Numbered from the stretch's first letter, positions 32,517-45,540 are shown. The stretch is 64,000 bases of DNA from an uncultured archaeon (GCA_963810275.1 CAWENF010000021.1:160001-224000); one strand, 5' to 3'. Notes: generated by a model not told the origin, from the letters alone. Program-made: numbers and translations.

Positions 32517-33779
32517 ATGCAACCCCCAATCCAAACCTCCAACCTCATAAAACCCCAATACCAAGCCGACTGCATCTCAAACATCCCAAAACTCCTACTG
32601 CAACTACTCCAAGCCAAAAATGCTTCAGCTCACACGCCACTTAGCAGCTACATAAAGCAAGCTGAAACCAAAAATGTAAACAAAGTTGTGCTCCTGGTAC
32701 TCGATGGGTTTGGATTTAGGCAAGTCGAAGCCCATCAAAAAAACGCCTTTCTGGGCGGTTTAGCTGAAAAAGGCGACTTTGCAGCAGTTACAAGCGTGTA
32801 TCCATCGCAGACCACCAACGCCCTAACCACCTTGAACACTGATTTGACGCCTCAAGAACATGGCGTGTTTGAGTATTTTTTGTACCTAAAAGAGGTTGGG
32901 TTAGTGAATACGTTAAAGTTTGAACGGGTTGTCTCCCGGCGCAAAGTTAAGCCTGTGTGGAAGGGGTTCAAGCCCAGCCTCATGTTTGGGGGCAAAAGCA
33001 TCCATCGAACGTTAAAGGAACAGGGCATCGACACTTACACGCATATTAATATCGAAAACGCTTTTATTGCCATCTCGAACTTGCTTTTTGACGGCAGCAC
33101 GGTTGTGCCTGCACTTAAGACCTCGGATTTAGCGGTTAATTTACGCAAAAACCTTGAGAATGCGGGTGGCGGCTACTTTTTTGTCCACATAGAAACCTTA
33201 GATACAATTTCGCATGAATATGGTCCGGAAAGCAGTCATTACTCGGCGGAACTTGAAGCCGTAACTTGCATGCTGCAAAAGGAGCTAATCGAAAAAATCA
33301 ATCCAAAAACCGCCAAGGAAACCCTCATAATACTCACCTCAGACCACGGCGCAGTCCAAGTTAACCCCCAAGAAACCTCATATCTAAGCCTCGACCAACC
33401 CCCCCTAACTTGGAGACAAACGAGCAAAAACCGCAAACGGATATTCCCCACAGGGAGCCCGCGAGACATTTTCCTGCACATCCATCCAGACAAGCTGCAA
33501 GAAGCCAAAGAAAAGCTGGCTAGGCGGATTGGTTCTAAAGCTTTGGTTGTAGAGACCGAGGTGATGGTTAAAGACGGCTGGTTCGGGTTAGGTGAGCCCA
33601 GCGAAGAGTTTTTAGAGCGTGCAGGGAACTTGATGGTTGTGCCTCTTGGGAAGGAGACTATTTGGTTTGCTAATCCTGACGGGCGGCGGTTAAGTTTTCT
33701 GGGGCAGCATGGTGGCTTAAGCCGTGAGGAGATGATGGTGCCGTTTGCTGTGGCGAATCTTGGGCGCCTAAAAAAGTAA
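32517..33779 (+). CDS. Alkaline phosphatase superfamily protein (nucleotide pyrophosphatase/phosphodiesterase-like)
   Basis: LVLDGFG, TSVYPSQT, DTISHEYGP, TSDHG, GQHGGLSREEM. Confidence 0.9.
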   Translation: MQPPIQTSNLIKPQYQADCISNIPKLLLQLLQAKNASAHTPLSSYIKQAETKNVNKVVLLVLDGFGFRQVEAHQKNAFLGGLAEKGDFAAVTSVYPSQTTNALTTLNTDLTPQEHGVFEYFLYLKEVGLVNTLKFERVVSRRKVKPVWKGFKPSLMFGGKSIHRTLKEQGIDTYTHINIENAFIAISNLLFDGSTVVPALKTSDLAVNLRKNLENAGGGYFFVHIETLDTISHEYGPESSHYSAELEAVTCMLQKELIEKINPKTAKETLIILTSDHGAVQVNPQETSYLSLDQPPLTWRQTSKNRKRIFPTGSPRDIFLHIHPDKLQEAKEKLARRIGSKALVVETEVMVKDGWFGLGEPSEEFLERAGNLMVVPLGKETIWFANPDGRRLSFLGQHGGLSREEMMVPFAVANLGRLKK

Positions 33780-34146
33780 GCTGTCTCTTGACTATTGGTT
33801 TTCTATTGCTCTCTTCGATAGACACATCCCTTTAAATATGCTAAGTCGACTGTGGTGTTTTGTGTTTGGTGACGTTTGTATTCAATGGCTTTGCTTTAAA
33901 TTATAAAATCGAGTGCGGCCTCTAACTTGACTTAATCTACATTTGAATAAGTTTGGTTGACTAACGCTTTACGCACTTTCCAGAAGCAGAATCAAAATGA
34001 TTTTTATCGCCATAATCACAGAATTTGCAGTCACTTCGCGTGTCCTGCCCGAAGGGACAACCTTTCAAATCAGCCGTACCAATACGCCTCAACTACCGCC
34101 TAACAAGCCAAACCCATATAAAACTATAGACAAACAACCATCAAAC

Positions 34147-35028
34147 CTAATGGACGCTACCTAAAATTTCACCTAAACGCCCTAAATGCTCAAACATAAC
34201 AAAGTGTCCCTCGCCCCCAAAAACCTCCAGCGTCGCAGAAGGCACCAGTCCTGAAATTTCGTAGGCGTTTTGGACACGGCAAGTCTTATCTTCGCTCCCA
34301 TGCCAAACCCACAGCTTTCCCTCCCCCACCGCTTCGAATGGCAACGTCCAAGACTTCACAAAAAGCTGATGCTCCTCCACCACGGCTTTAACGCCGCATT
34401 CCCCTTGTCGGAAGGCTTCAGCCATAGAATCATACATAAGCGTAACCCACTGGCGGTCTTTTAGCCGTGCGAGGTCTGTTTTTGAGCAGCCCTGGAGCAG
34501 CTGTTTGCCTTGAGGTGTTGACAGAAAAGCTTCTGCGTCACCGTCGGCTTTGAGCAGTTGCCGACTGAGGTAACTCATAGCAAACTTTCCGATTCTTGGG
34601 AACCTCATAAGGTACTTTGCTAATGGGTTGTTGTGAGCTGATGCAACGTCAAAGGGTAAAGTGGGAGCAGCAACTGTAACCGCACGAGAAACCCTGTCGG
34701 GGTTACATGTTAAATAAGCCAAAGCGAATACCCCGCCGCCTGACCACCCCAAAACCCCAAACTGTTTTAACCCCAAATGGTCTGCGAGGCAATTGAGGTC
34801 GCCGTTAAAGTCAGTTAGGTTCTGTCTATGTGCATAAGTGGAGTCACCATAGCCAGGGCGGTCCACGCTGATAAGCTGCAAACCCGAATCCACCGCAAGC
34901 CAACGAAGAAGATTTACTTCGAGACGGCTGCTGGCGGTTCCATGAAAATACACCACAGGATAACCTTGCCCAACAGTGAGGTATGCGAGTTTGCGTCCGC
35001 CAGGCAAGATACAGATTTCTGCCGCCAA
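34147..35028 (-). CDS. Alpha/beta hydrolase
   Basis: YFHGT, DRPGYG, GWSGG nucleophile elbow, WHGSED, GEGH. Confidence 0.92.
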   Translation of the reverse strand: MAAEICILPGGRKLAYLTVGQGYPVVYFHGTASSRLEVNLLRWLAVDSGLQLISVDRPGYGDSTYAHRQNLTDFNGDLNCLADHLGLKQFGVLGWSGGGVFALAYLTCNPDRVSRAVTVAAPTLPFDVASAHNNPLAKYLMRFPRIGKFAMSYLSRQLLKADGDAEAFLSTPQGKQLLQGCSKTDLARLKDRQWVTLMYDSMAEAFRQGECGVKAVVEEHQLFVKSWTLPFEAVGEGKLWVWHGSEDKTCRVQNAYEISGLVPSATLEVFGGEGHFVMFEHLGRLGEILGSVH

Positions 35029-36081
35029 CTATTTCGCCACCAGGTAGAGGGTGAACGTTGAGGTATTTGGCTTTAGTGGATGCCAAAAAGGGATGTGAGC
35101 AGTGAAGCTTTAGAAGTTAGTAGGCTCAAGCGCCTTGAATGGGAAACAGCTTCTTTGCCAACCTCAACGCCAAGTCAGGGTCAGATTCATAATCCAAGTG
35201 CCGTGGACCCATGTCGATATAGCGGTCAAACTCTTTTTTGGTCATGTTGATGTTTTTAAGGAATAGCTATTAGCATTAACCAGCCTAAAAGAAGAACAAC
35301 AACAAGCAAAATTTTCAAACTGTTGTTGTTCTCTTGAACTCTGACCTGAAGAGTTGAATCTAGGAAAAGTCATAATTCTTCATGTTTCACTAAGACATTA
35401 AGAAAAGTAGTCGGAAATGGTAGTCCAGAATAATCGGTACTCTGGCGTTTAATTTTACACTGGTTTTTTAGTTTGTTAAAGCTCTTTTATGAGTTGTTCT
35501 TTTAGCACACTGCTAAGTTGGGATATTTGTTGATCTTCAAGTTTGTCTCCCGAAACAAAGGTTACGTTTAGGTGATTAGTGCTTGTCTTGTTAGGATTTC
35601 TTCGGGGGTTTAGTTCATTGAGCATATGATTTCTTTGAGTAAGTCGATTTTTGAAGCCGGCTAAACCAAGGAAACAGTGAACGTTAACCTAAAAGCTACG
35701 TATCGACAGTTTAACTGGCGGGTGGAAAGAGCGCAAACTATGCCACACAATTCCTAAGGGTAAAGTGTGGAAATCCTGGTAGAAATTAAGTTAACAGAAG
35801 TTAGGAAAGGCAACGGTACCGTTACTGTTCGCAAATAGTTCTGTGGAGTCTTAATGGTTTTTAGAGTTTGAACGGCGAGTTAGTAATCAAAGATGAAGTG
35901 GTCCATTGGATGTCAAACAACAAACAACTGGCTAAATGCATTAATTGTGATACCACATATGGATTAGAAGTAATAGAAAACTGAAATTAGCAGAAAGAGT
36001 CAAAAATGAGTTATCAATCAAATTCGTTTCGCCATGATAAAACCAGGAAGTATGTAGTTAACCAAAGAGTGGAAAACAAAT

Positions 36082-36942
36082 TTGCATGAAGAAATCTGTA
36101 AAGTATTTGATGAAGCCAACTTTTTTCAACAACAAGGTTATGAAAAAACGGCATCTCAGATTAACGATTTAACTGTACGCGTGGAACAAAAGAAAATTCG
36201 CGAAATAAAGACCATTTTGGGGGAAGTACTCAAAATAAGCAATACCTTCAACTCAGAGTTCGAGACAGCCTATCCGATGGGCGGGGCATATAGAAGAAAA
36301 TGTTTTCCACAAACCCAGCTTATCGTCTTTAGCGGCTTAATGGCTATGGACAAAGAACAGTCCCAACCACCAGAATTCGTACTCAATCTCATAAAAAAGA
36401 TGAACACACAAGATGACTACATTAATTCTTTGAGCAAATCGCTCTCGGCGCTTTTATCTAAGGACAATAGAACACCTGAAGAGGGCAAAGAAATGTTTAG
36501 AGATGCCTGCACTATTTATGCACAGTCATTTGAGGGCATCTTTTCTTCGGCTGCCAAAATATTGTATTTTTTGATGGAAAAAACGGGTGAAGGCATTCCA
36601 GAATTTACGCCAACAGCCACGGTTTGGGATATTTGGAATAATCTAAAACAAGGTAAGGTAGACGTACCAGTATTTTTGGAAAACTGGCATGAAAAAAACA
36701 ACATCCAAAAAGCAATAGCACACGCCCAAAACCAATATGACCCCATGCGTGATAGGGTACACTTCGTTAACAAAGATAGAGACGGCAAAATCACGTATGA
36801 GAGCCCGGAGGACATGACGTTTGCTGATTTCTTTGAGATTTGGATGGAAGTAGCTGATGCCATAGATTCGCTTAGGTATTCTATGCGTCTTTATGGAATC
36901 TTCCAAACACTTGCAATGTATGAAAACAGTTTAAACTCTTAA
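36082..36942 (+). CDS. Hypothetical protein with degenerate HEPN-like motif
   Basis: 286-aa helical ORF; IQKAIAH resembles the HEPN RNAIAH motif. Confidence 0.6.
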   Translation: MHEEICKVFDEANFFQQQGYEKTASQINDLTVRVEQKKIREIKTILGEVLKISNTFNSEFETAYPMGGAYRRKCFPQTQLIVFSGLMAMDKEQSQPPEFVLNLIKKMNTQDDYINSLSKSLSALLSKDNRTPEEGKEMFRDACTIYAQSFEGIFSSAAKILYFLMEKTGEGIPEFTPTATVWDIWNNLKQGKVDVPVFLENWHEKNNIQKAIAHAQNQYDPMRDRVHFVNKDRDGKITYESPEDMTFADFFEIWMEVADAIDSLRYSMRLYGIFQTLAMYENSLNS

Positions 36943-37164
36943 TTTTTCAGCTGACTGGGCGCTGACAACCCAACCAGCCCCAAAGTTAACGCCGCCACAG
37001 CGACCAAAACGATCACGATTTTAGTTTTCCGCATTCTATTTCATCACCACATAATAATATAGTCATAGACGGGTATAGTAGTTGCCTGAAACAAAACTGA
37101 ACAGTCTTAAAATTAACTCTTTTATCCAACAGACGTAACTGACTAAAGTAGAGATAAACTTTAA

Positions 37165-37621
37165 ATGGTAAAACTAAACATAGGCAACAAAACACCCGAC
37201 TTCATTCTCCCATCAAACACAGGAAAAGAGATTACACTATCACAGTTTTTCGGAAATAAGAATAGTGTTCTTCTTTTACCCGCGAGACGAAGGGCCAACT
37301 TGCGTCAAAGAAGCACAAACATTTAGAGACAACATTGAAGACTTCAATAGCAGAAATGCGCAGATAATAGGTATAAGCTCACAAAGCGTAGAATCCCACA
37401 AAAAATTCGCAGCCCATCATAGCCTACCATAAATTCTACTAAGCGATGGCGATAACAGCGTCAGAAAGTTATACGACGTTAAACCTACTTTAGGAGTCGC
37501 AGGCAGGGCAACTTTTGTTATCGACAAAAAGGGCATCGTTAAGCACATTTTTGTTTCACAACTCCAATTCAGCAAACATGCAAAAAAAGCTCTAAATGCC
37601 TTAAAAGAAATCCCACCATAA
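37165..37621 (+). pseudogene. bcp: Peroxiredoxin Bcp/PrxQ, frameshift plus internal stop
   Basis: MVKLNIGNKTPDFILP / FYPRDEGPTCVKEAQTFRD...IIGIS...SHKKFA...LP*ILLSD...GRATFVIDKKG. Confidence 0.85.
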
Positions 37622-38116
37622 ATTAGGTCTATGTATGAAGAGGAGCCTTTAAGCACTTAAAGGCATACTTTAAGTCTGACAATGGTCCTAAATTAGTAAA
37701 TTTTTTGAGTATTCCGCAGGCACCTTGGAAATTCGATATATGTCCATTCTCGAAATAACCTTTTTATAGAGAATTCTTCTGCAGGATCTATAGAAGAGGA
37801 GAGTTGTTGCAATAATAGGTCTAACTACGGTTATTAACAAAGCCATCTTCAACTTGATTTTAGGAAGTAAGGATGGCAATTATGCTATTCAAGCTCAAGT
37901 ACTGGCTCTCATGAAACCTGATGGTTGGTAGACTCGGAGTTGCGAAACAATATCGTTTCACTAAATCCACCGCGGTGAAAATTTATGGGAAATCTGCTAT
38001 CGGCAGTAATTATCTGATTTAGAGCACTAAAAGAAGAAGCTTCGGAACCCCTTATACAAGACCTGAAAATAGTTTATTGATTATCTAATATTAACCACGT
38101 GCATTTAATTGGCGAG

Positions 38117-39164
38117 TTATTGAGGAATGTTCGTTTGTTCGTCCATTTTTAATCTAGCTAAGAGGTAAGATATTGTGGATTCGGCGCCTTGGTTCAAGTT
38201 GAGTCCGTGCACTGTTATCCCATCGTAACATGCTCCAGTCTCAACATCATAAACAGATACATTTCTTGAGTTATTTCCTAAAAACCACTCAAATACTGTC
38301 CCCATTATCTCTCTATATCGTGTATCCTTGGTTAGTCTTAGTGCTTCATCTAATGCCTCAATAGTGGATGAGGCTTCTATAGGCTGTTGGTCATAAAACG
38401 CTCGTTCGCTACCCCTTAGGTACCACCCATTGCTACCTACAGGCAAAAATTTTTTTTCTATTACCTGAACTTTTAACAGAAATTCCAAAGATTCAATACC
38501 AACTTGGAAATACTTTCGGTTATCTGTAAGGGAGTATGCAGCAAGCAAAGCATGCGGCAACCTAGCATTTGCATAAGTAACATAGTCTTCAAACCATCTC
38601 CAACCATCAGATGACGCAGCATTATACCAGTCGTATCAGAAAATCTGCCAAGGGTTTAACATTCAACACAATGTTTGTATCCTCAGGAAAAGCTTGAGAA
38701 TACTGTTGCAACCCCAATATTACAAAGGCTTTTGCCCGTAACGATTTAAAACTAAAGCTCCATGGGAATGCTTTGTCAAATATCTCTTTTGCCAATTTTC
38801 GTCTACTATTATTCAACGAGGAGTTTAAGCAAGTTCCACAAGCCCATAGAGTACGACCCATGCATTCTTCAGAATCAGCTTCTTCCACTATTCTTCGGTC
38901 ATATCTCATAAAGTTGTTTATTCTGCCATCTTTTCTTTGCATATAGTAAAGAAAACTCAGATAGCAATCAATGATCTTCTGTAATTCCGGGCTCTTATCA
39001 GTCAAGTAGCATTTTGTAGCTACTATCAGAGCTCTCGCGTTATCATCTGTAGCATAACCTTCTTTTCTATTTGGAATACAGAATTTTGAATGCTGTAAAA
39101 TTCCTGTGTCATCAGTCAACGCTCTAAGAAAGTCAAGCTGAATGCGTGGCAAATTCAAGTACAA
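38117..39164 (-). CDS. Glycosyltransferase-associated six-hairpin-glycosidase-like protein, frameshift near 38625
   Basis: LTDDTGILQH, GYATDDNARAL, WRWFEDYVTYANARLP, DQQPIEA, WFLGNN, CYDG, NQGAEST. Confidence 0.8.
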
Positions 39165-40359
39165 TACCCTCTTTCTTCTGCTTTCTTACAGACTTCTTAG
39201 GCATAGTAACTCTATCGAAGAGCTTTACGTATTCCATCGCCACTTTCGGCCAGGTAAATCGCCTACTATACACATAATTCCTAATCGCCATTTTCGCTCT
39301 CAAGTCTTTATCTAACAGTTTTTCCAAGCAATCAGCTATTGAACTAGGATCTTCAAAATCGAAAAAAAGACCACGATTATCTGCCAAGTTTTCTTTAGCA
39401 TGAAGATATGGCGTTGACATAATAGCGGTCCCTGCACCCATGGCATACGCAAGCGTTCCGCTACTGATCTGGTTAGCAGAAATGTATGGAGTAACGTAAA
39501 TGTCAGTGGCCTGCAGATATTTTATTAGTTCTCGCTTTGTGAGATAACGATTTTTAAATCGAACATGCTCTTCCAAGCCCAACTCTTTAACCAGTTCGAC
39601 GAGTTTATTGCGGTAGCTTTCTCCTTCTTGTTTTCTAACTTGAGGGTGCGTTTCACCAATTATAAGATAAATTAACGTAGGTTCCCTCTCAATTACCTGT
39701 GGCAACGCCTGAATTGCATACTCAATCCCTTTACCTCTGCTCAACAACCCAAAGGTTGTAACTACAAGACGATTTTTTAAGCCTAAAGACTCTTTTGCGA
39801 CGCTGCTTGAAACATAATTAATTTCTGGGCAGCCATGGGGGATTACTGCTTTCTGTTTTGATATTATGCCTTGCTTTTTTAAAATCTTAATTGCTACACC
39901 TGCAATAACAACAACGGCAGTGCTTTTAGAAATAATTTTTTTAAGAACCATAAGAGCTTTGGGTTCAATATCCGCATTTACAGTATGCAGAGTAGTTATG
40001 ACCGGTTTCTCAACAACATCAAGAAAATGAAGGATATATTCACCATAATCGCCTCCAAAAAGACCAAATTCATGCTGAAGACTAACAACATCAACGTTTG
40101 AGGCATTAATCTGTTCGGCAACTCTTATGTATGAGCTAACATCATCCCGACTAATCTCCCACTCAACCCTTTGGTCATAATTGTAAACTTCTTTTTTCTC
40201 ATGTACAGCAATCAAAACTGAGGTAAATTTATGGAGTTTATCAACCGAGTCTGCTAAGTCCTTAGTAAAGGTAGCAATCCCGCACTCTTTAGGAGGATAG
40301 GTACTTAGATATGCAATACGTTTTTTTTGTGGATCAGATGAAATAGTTACTTGAAACAT
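39133..40359 (-). CDS. GT4 family glycosyltransferase
   Basis: STYPPKECGIATFT, QHEFGLFGG, FGLLSRGKGIE, GETHP, SSGTLAYA. Confidence 0.92.
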   Translation of the reverse strand: MFQVTISSDPQKKRIAYLSTYPPKECGIATFTKDLADSVDKLHKFTSVLIAVHEKKEVYNYDQRVEWEISRDDVSSYIRVAEQINASNVDVVSLQHEFGLFGGDYGEYILHFLDVVEKPVITTLHTVNADIEPKALMVLKKIISKSTAVVVIAGVAIKILKKQGIISKQKAVIPHGCPEINYVSSSVAKESLGLKNRLVVTTFGLLSRGKGIEYAIQALPQVIEREPTLIYLIIGETHPQVRKQEGESYRNKLVELVKELGLEEHVRFKNRYLTKRELIKYLQATDIYVTPYISANQISSGTLAYAMGAGTAIMSTPYLHAKENLADNRGLFFDFEDPSSIADCLEKLLDKDLRAKMAIRNYVYSRRFTWPKVAMEYVKLFDRVTMPKKSVRKQKKEGIVLEFATHSA

Positions 40360-41109
40360 TTTTCTTCAACTCAGATCAGATCAACAGATTTGCTGGAACC
40401 TATCGGAATATTGCCCCAAATACAAGCAGGAAAAAATCCTAGTCTGAACAAATCAGCGAAATAACGACAGATTACGTAGATGATTGCATTGTTTGATGTA
40501 ATAAAAATGTTTTCCCAGGATTTGCCTACTCGTGCTTGTGAAAGAAATATGGGCTAAATTCATTTTTTGATTTTTCTTTCAAGTAACTTTTTCTGCCTTT
40601 CTCCCTTTTTCTTCTTAAACTGTATGCTGCAACCAAAAAAACTAATTTGGTGCTTCATCTTTGTGAGCTTTCACTGCATCTCGCACGGTACTCTTCCATT
40701 ATTTAGAATGTACCATATTGAGACTATCAATCGGTTACAGCTCAGGCTATTTGAACTATTAATCAACTCTGCCCGCTTGTTTAGGTATGCTTCATATATT
40801 CCCTGATTTTATGCGCCAAATGAGGTCATACTGCGCCTCCACAGCCTTATAGCTCTTATCAGATAAATATTCCCTCAGGGTAAAGCTCCAGTTTCTTGGC
40901 TTCTATGGCGTCCCATAAGGCAAAATCATCAAAAGCTGGATCCTCCTCGTTTCGGTTATGGTTCCACTCATAATCTTCAAAAAGACAAACAGGGTTAAAT
41001 TTCTAGCATCTCAATAAAAAACAATGGACCCTAAGCATAACCTGACTATCTTCACTTTTTAGAGACAGCCGGGAACCAGTTATAGATTAAGCGTACCAGG
41101 CGTTAGCGT

Positions 41110-41590
41110 AAAAAATCTTATGACTGATCAAGAACAGAGTTTTCCTTGTCGCTTAATTTGCTTAGAAGCTGTTTAGCGGCTTCGTTTTGCTATTCGAGCT
41201 TGTGTCGTTGTTCGATTATGGCTTGTGTTTCCTGCTGGAATGCGAATCTGATTTTTTGCGCTCGATCATGCAAAAGCTGCTCATCCAAGTTGCCTATATG
41301 CGAAACTATGGTTTCGTCATCGGGAGGAAACCTCAAAACATTGCGTCTCTAACTCTTAGAGTTTGCGGCTAAGCACATTCATCACAAGCCCCTCCCAGTT
41401 TTACGCTCTTTGGAGTTATCGTCTTGCAGCTTTGGAATCAGAACGCATTTCTTCAGCTTCTCCTCTAAAGCGATTGCCCTTAAGCTCAAGCGCCTCATCT
41501 TTGAGCAAGCCGCCATAGGTTGAGACCGCTGAGACTAAAACTCTGGCCCAACCCTGTTTAAGGGGTCGCTGTTGCCGCCATTATGAATTT
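41110..41590 (-). pseudogene. Decayed helical ORF remnants with stops and frameshifts
   Basis: Fragments WARVLVSAVSTYGGLLKDE, IALEEKLKK and RFPPDDETIV...DEQLLHDRAQKIR interrupted by stops. Confidence 0.35.
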
Positions 41591-42042
41591 TTTTGTGAGA
41601 TAAGCTTAATACTCCATCTAATACTCGAAAAAGCGTGTTTCTGCGCTCTTTTGCTGAGCGATTTAATGACGGTTTTTATTGGTTTCAGCTTCAGTGTCCA
41701 CCCAAGAGTAAACGCCAAGTTCTGGTCTTACATCTCTACACCAAGAGAAAAAACAACAAAGCCAGTTAGCGTCTAAGACAACACAAAAGAAGACAACAAA
41801 ACTCAATAAGATACTTTAAGAATAAAAGATTCATGCTCGTCAAAAAACTTAGTCAATTTTTACATTTTTTATGGATTGCATATGAACCGCTCACTATAAT
41901 GAGCTCGCCAATGACAATGGGTTTACTACATTTACAACAAAAAACAACGCCATTTCTATGCAAGACGTATTAGATCATTTCTCCGAACTGCAAATGTTTG
42001 CATTAGTCAAGCCTCAAAAAAAGAAAAGGGGTATTGGTTTAT

Positions 42043-44672
42043 TTATGAACGCTTTCGTATAGCCATAAGCAATACGACGCCGACTATTGCTATTGCAACA
42101 ATTATTGCAGCTACTCCGCCGAGAATGTACATATCAGTTGGTGGCAACGATAGTGTTTGAACTGGTGCTGCTGTTGGTAGCTGGATCACTTGCATGAAAG
42201 CAGTTAGAGCGTTCGAGGATCCATAGTAAGATTCAGAACCTGCAAATGTCAGCGATAAACAGTGTAAGTCTCCAGCATATGTCAGGAGTCCAAGTGTAAG
42301 CTGTAGAAGCCATAGACGTTACTTATGGTGTGTACCGATTTGTTCTATAGTTGCCGTTAGCGTCAACAACACTTATAGTTAATTGGTACACCGGTTGTGT
42401 CTGGTTGGTTGTGGCTGTCTGCATGTAAACGTATTCCATCCATCCGGTTCTGGCTTTCGTCAGAGACTGCATGGAACGCCGTTGGGGAACCGTGCTGCTT
42501 GCTCTTTTTGGTTCGTACCGGCAGAGATGTCAGTAATGGTACCGCTGATAACTACAGATTTGCCCAATTCTATGCCTGCTTTAGGCGCTTCGACAGTCAG
42601 TTGGCTGGGTCCCTTGCCAACAGTGTATACTTTCATGTCGTAGGTGTTTAAGAAGACAAAGTATCCGTCCGCGACTCGGTCATATGTTGCATCCATGCCT
42701 GTAGCCCAGCCCATCAAAGTCCAAATTTCCGTTCCGTCTGTAGCATTAATCACTCTGTAACGTGCATCCTTGTAGAATGGTGAGTTGGGTGAATGTTCTG
42801 TGGTTCCTAAGAATAGTTTTCCGTCGGCAATTACGTCAAGATCGTATGGATAAGTTCCGTAGGATGTTTCAAGACCCGCAAAAGTGCTGTTTCCAGGACC
42901 GCCATTACCGTAGGTCCATAACAGGTTTCCATCTGTTATGTCATAAGCATAGAGGACGCCACCATAGCCAGTTACGTATATTTTGCCATAAGCGACAGCT
43001 GGATAGTTTCTAAAGTATGTATAGTCATTCATTGGCTCAGTTGGTCCCCACATTTTTTCGCCGTTGGCTAAGCTATAGCCTGACATCTGCCGGGCCTCTT
43101 TATCGTATAATATGAATACGCCGCGTTGCGGATCCCAGTTTGCAAGACCTCGTGTGCCATTTCCTTCAGCAGGGTTAAAGTGTTTTGTCCATAGCACTTG
43201 TCCTATTGAATTTGGCTTCAGACTTACGGCTGTTACATTGGCACCTTCAAGGGATACTGTTCCAAATGTAGCTGTTGGGTGTCCTCCAAAGCTGCCTTGA
43301 ACCAGTAGCATTATATCGCCAAGACTAGCTCTGTCAACACGCCACGAATCAGAGTTAGGCAAGTTTATGGATACGTTGTAGTCAAAGTTTGAGGGCAAGC
43401 CTGCATCAATTTCTCCTGAGTACCAGCCACCTGCGCCATTACCTGATTCTGCACCGATTGATTTAGAGGAATTCCATTGAAGAAGACGCCAGTCAGGATC
43501 TTCAGTAGTACCTTTGTTAACAACTGAGTAACGAATTACTTCTCCGTTTGGTCCTGGAACTGCTGCAAGGTTAGTGTCAGTTCGGGGAACGCCCGTTACG
43601 GTCAATGCAGTGGGCAACCCTGTTGTTGGGTCGTATGATGTCCCAAAGTTGCTAGAGAACAAAAGACCATTCGGTAAGATTCCGTGTTGATTAGGAGTGT
43701 CAAGAGAAGGCAGCAATCCAAAGCTGATAGTTGGCAGTTCAGAGCCAGATCGGCCTATATCAGGGTTATACCAGATTTCTTCACCCGTTTGCAGATCTAC
43801 ACAAATCCATCCACCGCCTACGCCTCTGTTGCCGTAGGGTAATTCATAGTATAGTCTTCCATTCATTATCAGTGCGTTTGAAAATCGAGTCTGATATGAA
43901 CCGCCTGTGAAGTACATTTCTCCTGGAATGGCAGTGTTGTTTCCACCAACAACTCCGCCGTCCTGGTAAGATTTACTCCACATAATGTGTGCGCTGTTAG
44001 GTGCGATACCATCTGGTTGTACTCTTGCGATGTAGAGTCCTGCTGTTCCGCCTCCGACTGAGGCACCAGATAGGATGAATGGTTCTCCGAGCCAGTTTGA
44101 TGAGATTGTGTACCAGTTTGTGTTTTGTCCTTCTATGGGTCGTGACCAGTACTCAGTTGGAAGTGGATAGCTGTCTTTTGCTGGTGGCAGTTGGTCTTCT
44201 TGCACTGTTAGCTGATATGTTGCGTCTGCGGGTGTAAAGACATCACCATTCCATGTTTGCTCTGTTCTTGAGCTGTTCCATGTGTATGTTTGTCCTGGGT
44301 AGCTGAAGCTTAGGTTGTAGGTACCAACTGGGTTGGACTATAGCTGATGAACTGAACGCTTGTTGGATCTTGGACCACAGGCCAGTTGTATGTTGTTCTG
44401 TTCCATCAGGCGCAGTTACGATTAGTTTATAGTCGTGACGCCTAATGTCGTTGGTTACAGTTGCTCCAGGCATAGCTCCATCAACCACATTATAATAAGT
44501 ACAGGTTGACCGACTCCAACTGGGTGGGTCAGCTTGAATATAAGCGTAGGATTCTACGGTCAGATTGGAGAGTGGGCATCTGCGGTAGGCATATTGTATG
44601 TAGATGTAAGCATAGGAAAAGATGTAGTGTATATCGGTTTTTAGAAATAAGATTTTTGGTTTTTTTCTCCAT
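42043..44672 (-). pseudogene. PQQ-binding-like beta-propeller surface protein 1 (frameshifted at both ends)
   Basis: PLPTEYWSRPIEG, APNSAHIMW, EHSPNSP, YTVGKGPS, ARFPNGVP, C-terminal TM plus RKRS; intact core 42460-44205. Confidence 0.8.
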
Positions 44673-44940
44673 TTTTTCGGATTTTTATTTTACCCTTAAA
44701 AATCGATTGGCATGAAGTATAAGTTTAATGAACTTTTAGAATAATACTTATTGTTCACTAAATTTATAAGGAGATTTTTAATAATTTCAGATTTTTAGTA
44801 AAAAAATAAAGTGAATTTATAAGTTGGCAAAATAATCGAAATTCTATTTAAAAAAAGTAGCAAGTTCAATAATTTCCAAAAGAAATCGACTTATACATTA
44901 ACAGTATTCCGTACACATACTTTCTTTTGTGCCATCTGTT

Positions 44941-45219
44941 CTAAGAAATTAACCTCATTCGCTTTAGGAGCAAATTGGTTTGGTGCATCTGCTTTAGACA
45001 TTTAGCACCATTCTCAGTCAACAAAAGCCCAGTATCCGTTCGACAAACCGCATTTGCCTGGATAAGACATGCCAAGATTTTTTGAAACCTATAATAAGGA
45101 AGGTTAGCCCGACGGGCAATACGTGTCGGACTTGCTTTCCCAATGCTGTCTTCTTCTTGACATATGAGAACCAACAATTCATAGTAAATATCAAATTTAC
45201 TTCGCTTGCCCGCATTCAC
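44941..45219 (-). CDS. Winged helix-turn-helix regulator (ArnR1/HTH_45-like)
   Basis: KRSKFDIYYELL...PTRIARRANLPYYRF...LTENG. Confidence 0.8.
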   Translation of the reverse strand: MNAGKRSKFDIYYELLVLICQEEDSIGKASPTRIARRANLPYYRFQKILACLIQANAVCRTDTGLLLTENGAKCLKQMHQTNLLLKRMRLIS

Positions 45220-45436
45220 TATGCAATCCCTCTTTTTTTCATCGCATAATTTATTTGAATAAGAATTACCAAACTGATAATTACTAGAACCTTGAGTCAA
45301 AAGTAAAGCGACATTGCCTCCGTCTGCAAGGGACCCTACTACGTAGCTAAGGTGCCATATCCACAAGAAGAAGAACGCCGATCAAGGAAAAATCGCTGTT
45401 TTCTTTCTCGTCAAATCTATATCACTTTTTGTTTTG

Positions 45437-45540
45437 GGTTTGCTGAGGCTTCTGCCAAGATTTAAGGAGAAAAAGGAAAGAATGAGAGCAACACTTGCAA
45501 ATAGACAATATAACAGAAGCCCTCTCAGCCCCAACTTAAA
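45437..45540. repeat. Intergenic direct repeat, copy 1 (copy 2 at 52410-52515; partial copy at 48350-48375)
   Basis: GGTTTGCTGAGGCTTCTGC...ATTTAAGGAGAAAAA...CAGCCCCAA. Confidence 0.7.
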
